Of a DNA stretch of 64,000 nucleotides, positions 51,711 through 64,000 are shown in pieces; within the stretch, counting starts at the first letter, position 1, and every line of letters begins with the position of its first letter. The notes under the pieces are model-generated. The model saw only the letters and a program-made list of their open reading frames with translations, was not told where the DNA came from and ran no database searches. The stretch lies in the NCBI RefSeq assembly GCF_009914755.1, contig NC_060933.1. One strand, 5' to 3'. Made by a program: the position numbers and the translations under genes. Source of the DNA: the human T2T-CHM13v2.0 reference genome, Homo sapiens.

Positions 51711-52339
51711 TTTACCTTTCACATTGTTCTTTTTTAAACCTTGCTTTGGAAGGAACCCAGTGTGAAACCATGGGTGTGGGCCTCCACATGCCAAAGCCTT
51801 AAAGAATTCACTTACAGTGTATTTAAGGCTCAGTTGAGGCTTCTGAATTCCACTCAGTACAGGTGGTAGTGTGTGTGGAGTACATGTGATCAGCACTGAA
51901 CAGTAAGAGGTTCAGTGCTGGGTTAGGGAGGGAGGAAGAGAGAATATAAACAACCTGGAAACCTGTTTAGATCATGACAGGTGGCTGTTGATTAGGACAG
52001 GCACATAACTCACCTGGGTGCCTTAGTGGAAATGTCATGCCTTATTTTAGAAGGAAATTAGTCAGTGATAAGAGATACAACTCTAAGGAATAAATAACAT
52101 TCTAATAACATATTTAAGTGTGTCATTTACCAACAAGATCAGTTTTCAAATTTTCTTTTGACAAAGACTAAAATAAAAACAAAACATGATGCTGAAATGA
52201 TGGATCTGTGAACAGAGATTTGTTAAAAACACACAAAAACTGACAGGAGATTATAAGACATACTTTTCCCCCTATAATTCTATGAAATACTAGTTTTTTA
52301 AAAAGATAGTTTAAAAATAACTTGTAAAATTTGATCGAG

Positions 52340-53000
<661 letters not shown>

Positions 53001-53113
53001 TTTTTAACTTTTTAAAAAAATAACCAAGTGTGCTTGTCTGTTCTAGAAATGAAAACATTAATTTTATCTACTCTGATCTCTGGAATATATAAATCATCAA
53101 TAAATAATCATGG

Positions 53114-53948
<835 letters not shown>

Positions 53949-54404
53949 TTGTTGTGGCTATAAATGCAGCCATAGTTGTGTTGATAAATTCTGATCTTGT
54001 CTTTGCTATTCCTTTGGGTAGTTCATCTGTTTTTATGGAAATAAAGCTCGCCTTTGTATGGATAATTTCACCTAGACCAATTTTACCAATTCTGGTCATG
54101 CAGTTCTAACTTCTTGCATGGTGGTTTCACTGGAACATTACCAAATTACCCCAGGCACATCATGGCTAAATGAAAAGTCATGTTCTTTGTCTGTAACCAG
54201 TGTCTGCCTCTTGAATTTCCTGTGTCTTTTAGTGGTTATTGTCATTGTCTTAGTTATTATAGCTTAGATCCACGGGGTCATTTTGGATCCTGTCTATTTT
54301 GCAGTGACAATTATTATTATTATTATTTTTTGCCTTCATTCTTTTCTATTCCTAAACATACTATACAACATTTGAGGTAAATTTAACTTTTAAAACATTC
54401 AAGC

Positions 54405-54506
54405 CCCAGGAGGCTGAGGTTGCAGTGAGCCAAGATCACGCCGTTGCACTCCAGCCCAGGCGGCAGTTGGAGACTCTGTCTCAAAAAAAAAAAAAAAAAA
54501 AAAAAA
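54405..54506 (+). mobile_element. Heavily 5'-truncated Alu
   Basis: ccaggaggctgaggttgcagtgagcc...poly-A; TSD core tcaagcc. Confidence 0.9.
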
Positions 54507-55330
54507 TCAAGCCATCCACTAACTTTTCCAAAGTAATCTCCTGCTATAATCAAGATCAATTATCTTCTTCTCCCAGTGTAGACTACTTAATGTCTGCATT
54601 TTTATTTTCCAGTGTTTTTCACCCACTTCTTTCCAAAAATAATGGTCTTCTTCCTCTTTTCCACTTAATCTAATGATCTCTTCCCATCAAACTTCCTTCT
54701 CCAGAAACTTTCCCAGGTTACTGCAGCCTGTAGCCATCTTAATCTCTGAATGGCTGCCTCGACACTTACTATTTCCTTTGAGTCACACAGTGGCCCTATC
54801 AACTCAGTGTCAGACAGGCATAACAAAAGCAGACCCAGGATGGTCAGAGTAGGGGATGGGGATGGATGAGGATGAGGGATGTGAAGATGGGGGTGTCAAA
54901 TGATAGAAGTGTGTTGACAGGAGGCCAAGAGCTGAAAGGGGATTGTGGCCAAGGTTAGATAGTGAATTTGCTCAATAGGAGACACAAATGTGAATAAAAG
55001 GTGCATGAAAGTCAATCTTTGGGAAAGCCAGGAGAACAATGAGAATAAGTATTGAGTTAAACCGAAATATCCCAACTTCCGATAAGATTTCTAGTCACTG
55101 TGTCTTGACTAGTGCACAGTCCCAGGCCACAGGGCAGATTAGGAGACAGAACATAGGTGTGGCATTTGACACATGGTTCCTAATCCCGGTTCTGCCACTT
55201 ACTTTCTGTGTAATCTTGGGCAAATTACTTGAACTTTCTGAGCCCGTTGTTTTCATCTCTAGAATAAAGATAACAAAACCAAGATTATAAAGTCATCGTG
55301 ATGATGAGATAAAATAAAATAATGTAGATA

Positions 55331-55846
<516 letters not shown>

Positions 55847-57189
55847 TCAATAAAGCTTAGTGTTCATGAATGTCAGCCCATAGCTTAAGTATGTAAGAAA
55901 TATTGCCTTCCTTTATTCCTTTTTTCCTTCCTACCTTCCCCTCTATTTTTTTCTTTCTATTTAATTTTGACTCCAATATAGACTGTTGGGAGTTTCAATC
56001 TCAATGATTCTTGGGATTCCCCACCTTCTTCAGTTTTACACCAAGGGTGCAGAATCTTTAACTGAGGCACTAGGCAAATCCTGCTACTCACTGGTCTCTG
56101 TCTACATCAAGTCCTGCTGAGATGCCTACCATGCCTAGAACTCCTTCCGACGTTTTCCACAATTGGACACCAGGGATCTTTGGTCAATCTAGGAATACTA
56201 GGTCTAAGTCTAGTGTCTTAGGAAACCACATGGAAATACGGAAGGAAGAAGGACAGAAGGAAGAAAGGGTGGAAGAAAGGAAGGAAAGAAAAAAGCCACT
56301 GGCTCAGGGTCAACTGGGTTTGTTTATTAGGCAATAGATTAACAGGTGAAGAAAGCCATGTAGTCTAGGTAGAAATGAAAACCTCTGGAGGAAAAAATAG
56401 AGTGGAAAAGAGCAGAAGGAAAAAAGCCATGGAAAAGCCTAAAGCCCAAACTATTGTAGAGATTTTTCATTTGCAATTTGCAAGTTTTCTTCTGGTAGAA
56501 GAGACATGCAATGTATAAAGGGTATTTCCAGTTGACTCAGAGAAAGAGAACTCATGGGTCATGTGAAGCAGGAAGAACATAATAAATGACTTCATGGTTT
56601 GGTCTTACTCTAACTTGATTACTTGACTTCATCTTGTTTCTTCACCTGTAAAATGTAGAAGTTCTAAACACAAACTCTTAAAAATATATTTGAATTCTAA
56701 AATTCTCTAAATCATGTGAATTGAGAAAGATAATTTTATAGGATGGGCTTTGCTATGGTTTTCAGAGTCATGACTATGAAAGAAAAATGAAGTCAGAGGC
56801 AAAATAATCTCTTCTTCTTCCCAGGTGCCATTCCTCTTTGACTGCATCTCTGTTACAGCAGGTATAACTTTCAGTTCTGATTTATGGCCTTTTACTGGCA
56901 AGTCTTATCTTCTTGTTTACTACCAGTTTAAATTCTTTAAGGAACTAATTCAGCTACCCAGACCTATCTTCCTTCTCTTTTCCCTCCCTGCTCATACATA
57001 TTCTCCTTGAACCTAGTAAGCACAAACAATTTTTTCATAAGCAAATGGAAATGACCAGCTTTAAAAACTCAATAATTTCCTCTGAAGGTTACTCGTTGAC
57101 TTCTCTTGGAAAGTTGTTTCTGTGGCTTACATCCTGACAAACTGAAACTGCTTTTGTCCTAACATATTTATTATTAAATTTTCACCACT

Positions 57190-57375
57190 GTGCTTAATGC
57201 TTTACAGTAATTTTCTCTTTTAATCTCACAACAACCCTGAAGAGCAGATCTGAATGCCATTTTGAAGACAGGAAAACAAAGGCCCACAGAGGTTATAGGA
57301 TTTGCTAAAGATCATTCAGCTACTAAGGAGCAGAAGCAGGACATGATTCCAAGTCTTTCAGATTCCAAAGCCCAC
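57190..57375 (-). mobile_element. MIR
   Basis: ttaatctcacaacaaccctgaag...ccattttgaagacaggaaaacaaaggcccacagagg. Confidence 0.75.
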
Positions 57376-58205
57376 CTCCATATAGTAGAGGTGCGTTCTC
57401 AATTCTCTAAATACAGCTAATAGTAACTATTTCACAATTGGAAAGGCCAACTGATTTGTGGATATGCATAGAATAATAATAACGGTAAATTTGGAAACAA
57501 AACGACCTCTCCCCAAATCACTCTGAACAGAGTCTGATTTTTAGCAGCTATTTTGTGATATAACATACAGCATTGAAGTCTAGCCTTGAGTTTGTAATCA
57601 TGGTGCTTACACAGGGTCATCAGGAGTTTGCAAACACAGTTACTCTGCTCTTAAGCAACAGAAGTTTTCAGTGAGAGAAAAAGGAAAACATTTTAAATAT
57701 AAACATTTTGGAAAGAAACTGATGACCCATCCCATTAGAACGATTCAGACGGGAAATAATAGCCCTTTACTTTCAGCTTATTCTGAATAAGCAAGTATTT
57801 TCAGTGTGCATTCCATAATGACTCCCAATTCTCAGAACACTGAAAAACCTTTCAACAAACTCCAGAGGAAAATAAAGTCTGCTGTTGGTGAGACAGGGAA
57901 CAAGATACCATCATCGCACAGTGACTGCCCAACTCTACAATAAACACATCAGGGAATATCTCCTGTATGTGTATGACACATTCTTAATCCACAATAAATA
58001 TGTATTTGAACAGTAGATGTATTTTTCTTTCTAAAGAACAATTTTCTGTAGATATTTATGTCTGATTAAACATCAGAACAGAATCTACTTGCCTGTTCTC
58101 AGAAGTCCCTGTTTTACCTTAAGTATCCCTTTTTCATAATCTGGTTCAGTAACAGCTTTTTTGATTGAAAACTTCTTTTGGTTTGACAGTTTTTTTAATG
58201 TATGA

Positions 58206-59150
<945 letters not shown>

Positions 59151-61381
59151 ACTGTTTGCTGCTACTGCTTATCTCACACAGGTGAGGAAAATGACCTCTC
59201 TGCGTGTCATTTCTGGCTCTATTACTCAAACTCTCTGACTCTAGCAATTATGGAGAATAAACAAAATTTTGGAGGAGAAAACATTAATTATTCACTTTTT
59301 GGTGAAATATGTCGATTTTTTGGTATATGTATGATTTTTAGTCTTTACATAGAATTTTCTCTATTGGATTTTATATTTTAGTAAATGAAAGAAAAATCTC
59401 ATTTAAAAATGTGTGTCCTATATTCCTATTACCATGAGTTTCTACAAATTATAATAAAATCTTTTTACTGGAAAATATCTACAAAATAGCAAATTGATAA
59501 AGGAATGAGGAATATTTCAAGCTACTTCCAAGGATGATTGAAGTTTGACAAATTCAACTCCCAGAATCCATCATTTTTGAGGCTGATGGTTGTTTGTGTG
59601 TGGGTGGGTATGCACACATGTGTGTTTATGTGTGCAGAGATGATACTAAAAACCACAGATGACAAATTGGTGATTATTCTCACAGATACGTTTTGACCTC
59701 CTAGCATAGTATGTTGCAAAATCAAATTTATTGCAAACATTTATAAATCAGCAAACAACAAGAAAGCAGAATTCTGTAATCTCTTAGAAATGAGAAAATG
59801 TGGCAAAATGGGACCCTTAAACTCTCAATGCAAAGATTGGCTGGAGTTACGGAGAGACTGCAGAAGTAACCAGTGTTCATGATTTCCAATTATCTCATTC
59901 ATCCTCATTGCTATGCATTACCTACCTGGCCCCTGTAGATATTTGAGTTTGAGGCCCTTGCTTTGAAGAAAACGCTGTGGGATTTCTTTCTAAAGTGGTC
60001 GATGACTCACTGATTTTATGGATAGTGACTCACAGTAGAGACATATTGGAGGTGTCTCAGGCCAGCTCACCAGCCAGGTGTAAAAGAAGGCTGCCTGTTA
60101 AGGAGCTCTAATAGCCCCACCCCTTCAGGCTCATGTGGATGAAGAGTCATATTGGAAGAGGCAAGAACAGCTTCACAAATCCTGAGGGAATGTGCCAAAC
60201 TTCCATCCTCCTTGGAAGCAGCTTGAAATTGTACAACTGTCTTAACTTTCACTCATCAATGTACTGTTTTGTTATTTGACAATAAATGGGTTTTATTATA
60301 ATTTCTAGAAACTCACTGAAGGTAGGCACAAAAAGGACATAGATTTTTAAATTAGGTTTCCATTCATTTATACAAAATCCATGGCCTGGATTGAGAACAC
60401 AGCCTTTGCTTTCTTTCCTATTCTTACTTCTGGGAGGGAAGTTTCTGACTGTGAATATTGTCCTCAGAGGACTCTCATTTATTAATACAAAGGCATGTGT
60501 ATATGTAAAAGTGTATGTAAACCAGCAGGCTTGGCTTGGCTTTCATGGAGCAAAACTAAGAGGTCTGGCAATTGTCCTGGTAATCACCTTGATAAAAACA
60601 GCAGATCTATTTCTGTTCCATGATGGATATTCTGGCTTTAAATTAGTTCAATTATTATGGTGCCTGAATTAATTAACCAGGTAATTTTGCAACTGGGAAA
60701 AGTCTCCTTCGAGATGGAGTGGGTATCTCCTGCTTATGCCTCTATTGCTATGTAGCTTTTAAGTGGATTAATTTTAGAAAGTTCAGCTCACAAAGTTCCT
60801 TTTCCCTTACTGACAGCCCTGTAAACTTGACTTTAGATCTGTAACGGATGTCACTACTTCAAAGAACTGTAATCCTGTGTTTGATACACTCCTCCTGCCC
60901 CCAGGACATTATCTGTGCGAGAGAAGGGAAGCCAGGAACCCAGAAATGGTCTGCAGGGAGGTGAACTGGAATGGCAATACATGGTACACGGAAGAGCTTT
61001 GCCTCTGACGATGACCCTCAGCTTTCCTGCTGCTCTCTTCCTAGGTTTTGTTTCTAAGTATCTGGGCTTTGAAGAATGGGGGTGGAGGGATTCAAAGAAG
61101 ACTTTTAGGAGGAGCCAGTCCCACTAGCAGATATTGTTGCTCTAACTCTGCCTAAGGAGCAATTTCTGGCCCTGAGTCATGATCCCAAACAGGAAGTGCT
61201 TCTGAGTTCCTCCAAACAAGGTATGTGGATGAGGGGGTGGAGTTTAGTACACAAATACCTAGCTGCCAGCCTTTCATGTTTACCAGGGATCAAGAATAGG
61301 TCATTTAAGGTCAAAGATATATCCTTTCTTGTCACTCCAAAGAATAAATAGTGTTGTCTTACACTCTAGGTGAAATGCTGA

Positions 61382-61719
<338 letters not shown>

Positions 61720-62195
61720 GGAGGAGTTTTTCTTTAATGCTACCCAAACGCACTCTATAACTGTTATGGGCTTCAAAGAATTACATGAATAAAGTGGCTT
61801 AAATTTAACTTGTGTTCATGTTTGATCAGTTTTCTAGAGGAAAGTTTAAAGCCAAAACACTGGGGAATTGTGGGGGCAGGAGAGGGTAAAACAACTTGTT
61901 TCTTTCTGAGGTGCAACTAATATTTGAGTATAAATTGGTGTTTGAGTAGAATTGTAGAAAAACAAAATACAGGGTTGAAAGATGTTTAAGAGGTCCTGTC
62001 CAACTCTCTTCCTGAGGATGCATGAATCACCAGCCCACTCCGATTCATTCTCTCTGAAATGCTTCATCTTTTTTTTTTTTTTTCAGGTTTTTGCTACTTC
62101 AGGAAACCATAGTTGTTGGCTGATTTAGAAAAATTACAGCAGCATTATACAATAAGAGCTATTTCTGCCCTCTTGTCACTAAAGTATAACAATAT

Positions 62196-63597
62196 TGCGT
62201 CCGGAATTGGTGGGTTCTTGGTCTCACTGACTTCAAGAATGAAGCCGCGGACCCTTGCGGTGAGTGTTACAGTTCTTAAAAGCGGCACGTCCGGAGTTTG
62301 TTCCTTCTGATGTTCGGATGTGTTCGGAGTTTCTTCCTTCTGGTGGGGTTCGTGGTCTCGCTGGCTCAGGAGTGAAGCTGTGGACTTTCGCCCTGAGTGT
62401 TACAGCTCTTAAGGCGGCGCGTCTGGAGTTGTTCGTTCCTCCCGGTGGGTTCATGGTCTCGCTGGCTTCAGGAGTGAAGCTGCAGACCTTCCTGGTGAGT
62501 GTTACAGCTCATAAAGGCAGTGTGGATCCAACGAGTGAGCAGCAGCAAGATTTATTGCAAAGAGCAAAAGAACAAAGCTTCCACCTTGTGGAAGGGGACC
62601 CGAGTGGGTTGCCACGTTGGCTGGGCGGCCTGGTTTTATTCTTTTATCTGCCCCCACCCACACCCTGCTGATTGGTCCATTTTACAGAGAGCCAAGTGGT
62701 CTGTTTTGACAGGGTGCTGATTGGTGCGTTTACAATCCCTGAGCTAGACACAAAGGTTCTCCACGTCCCAGCTAGATTAGCTAGATGCAGAGTGTCCACA
62801 CAAAGGTTCTCCAAGTCCCCACCAGAGTAGCTAGATACAGAGTGTCGATTGGTGCATTCACAAACCCTGAGCTAGACACAGGGTGCTGATTGGTGTGTTT
62901 ACAAACCTTGAGCTAGATACAGAGTGCCGATTGGTGTATTTACAATCCCTTAGCTAGACATAAAGTTTCTCCAAGTGCCCACCAGAGTCAGGAGCCCAGC
63001 TGGTTTCACCCAGTGGATCCCGCACCAGGGCTGCAGGTGGAGCTGCCTGCCAGTCCCGCGCCCTGCGCCCGCACTCCTCAGCCCTTGGGTGGTCGATGGG
63101 ACTGGGCGCCGTGGAGCAGGGGGCGGCACTCATCAGGGAGGCTCAGGCTGCACAGGAGCCCATGGAGTAGGGGGCGGGGAAGGCTCAGGCATGGCGGGCT
63201 GCAGGTCCCGAGCCCTGCCCCTCGGGGAGGCAGCTAAGGCCCGGGGAGAAGTTGAGCACAGCAGCTGCTGGCCCAGGTGCTAAGCCCCTCACTGCCCGGG
63301 GCCAGCGGGGCCGGCTGGCCACTCCCAGTGTGGGGCCTGCCGAGCCCACGCCCACCCGGAACTCGCGCTGGCCCGCAAGTTCCACGCACAGCCCCAGTTC
63401 CCGCCCGCGCCTTTCCCTCCACACCTCCCGGCAAGCTGAGGGAGCCGGCTCCGGCCTTGGCCAGCCCAGAAAGGGGCTCCCACAGTGCAGTGGTGGGCTG
63501 AAGGGCTCTTCCAGCGTGGCAGAGTGGGCACTGAGGCCAAAGAGGCGCCAAGAGCGAGGGAGGGCTGCGAGGGCTGCCAGCACGCTGTCACTTCGTA
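62196..63597 (-). mobile_element. Solo LTR12 (HERV9/ERV9 LTR; C/D/E-like)
   Basis: Minus strand begins ...gtgacagcgtgctggcagccctc and ends gaccaagaacccaccaattccggacgca; GC-rich U3 with tandem CCAAT subrepeats; U5 subrepeats; probable 4-bp TSD atat/gtat. Confidence 0.95.
62600..62960 (-). promoter_or_regulatory. LTR12 U3 enhancer/promoter
   Basis: Five CCAAT boxes (ATTGG at 62671, 62720, 62848, 62889, 62930) upstream of gggtgggggcagataaaagaataaaa (CACCC box, GATA, TATA-like) at about 62634-62659; activity of this copy is not shown. Confidence 0.6.
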
Positions 63598-64000
63598 GTA
63601 TCTAGTATGTAATAGACCTTACACTGTAAGAAAACTCTGTTCTTAGCTGAGTAAGGAAATTCCGAAAACAAGGCCTCTACCTGTGATTTTTGAACTGGGA
63701 ACCGTCAGGTCAGTTTCCTGCATATCTAGGAATACAAATAATGTTGCCTTGGGGAATAGACTTGGAAACACAGGAAAACACTTTCTGTACATTATCATTT
63801 CCATTAATTTGAGCAAGTGTTGATCAGAATAAATTATTTATGTGAGCACTGGGAGCTGCCTCCCTATGCGCAAGGCAATCTGTTAAAGATTTGCTATCAT
63901 GCTAGTGAATGGGGGGAATGGAGTAGTACATTTTATGAGTCATAAATGGAGCATTAGTCCTCATGTTTGCATTTGGAAGTGAACTCTTGGTGAAATGTAC

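Noticed and set aside
62240-62960. Regularly spaced direct repeats resembling a CRISPR array
   Set aside because: They are the known tandem U3/U5 subrepeats of LTR12. There are no unique spacers or cas genes, and the DNA is primate.
62113-63605. Overlapping GC-rich ORFs and CpG-island-like sequence as a gene start
   Set aside because: Fully explained by the LTR12 sequence; stop-poor frames are expected at high GC.

Overview
This is primate (very likely human or other ape) nuclear DNA, and it appears intronic or intergenic. I found no protein-coding exon of a host gene, no RNA gene and no CRISPR or other prokaryotic system. Interspersed repeats dominate: about 41 Alu copies (J, S and Y types, many with target-site duplications, TSDs), a 3.1-kb 5'-truncated L1PA3-like LINE-1 (33554-36627), older L1, L2, MIR, MaLR and DNA-transposon fragments, an RPS12 processed pseudogene split by an Alu (about 53114-53948), and a solo LTR12 (ERV9) on the minus strand (62196-63597). 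Almost all listed ORFs come from repeats. The observations most worth following up are: (1) two inverted Alus of different subfamilies, 37 bp apart, that share private mutations, a likely gene-conversion tract (58.3-58.9 kb); (2) a sharp switch in Alu orientation near 39.5 kb; (3) the LTR12 promoter, which keeps its motifs, plus a candidate exonised LTR edge; (4) repeat-free blocks with regulatory motif clusters (CRE + E-box + RORE at 51.5 kb, a CpG-retaining block at 47.6-48.2 kb, a homeodomain-rich block at 38.3 kb); (5) a probable templated micro-insertion at 32.85 kb. Repeat subfamily calls come from remembered consensus sequences and boundaries are approximate. The sequence alone does not support a claim of a new biological system.
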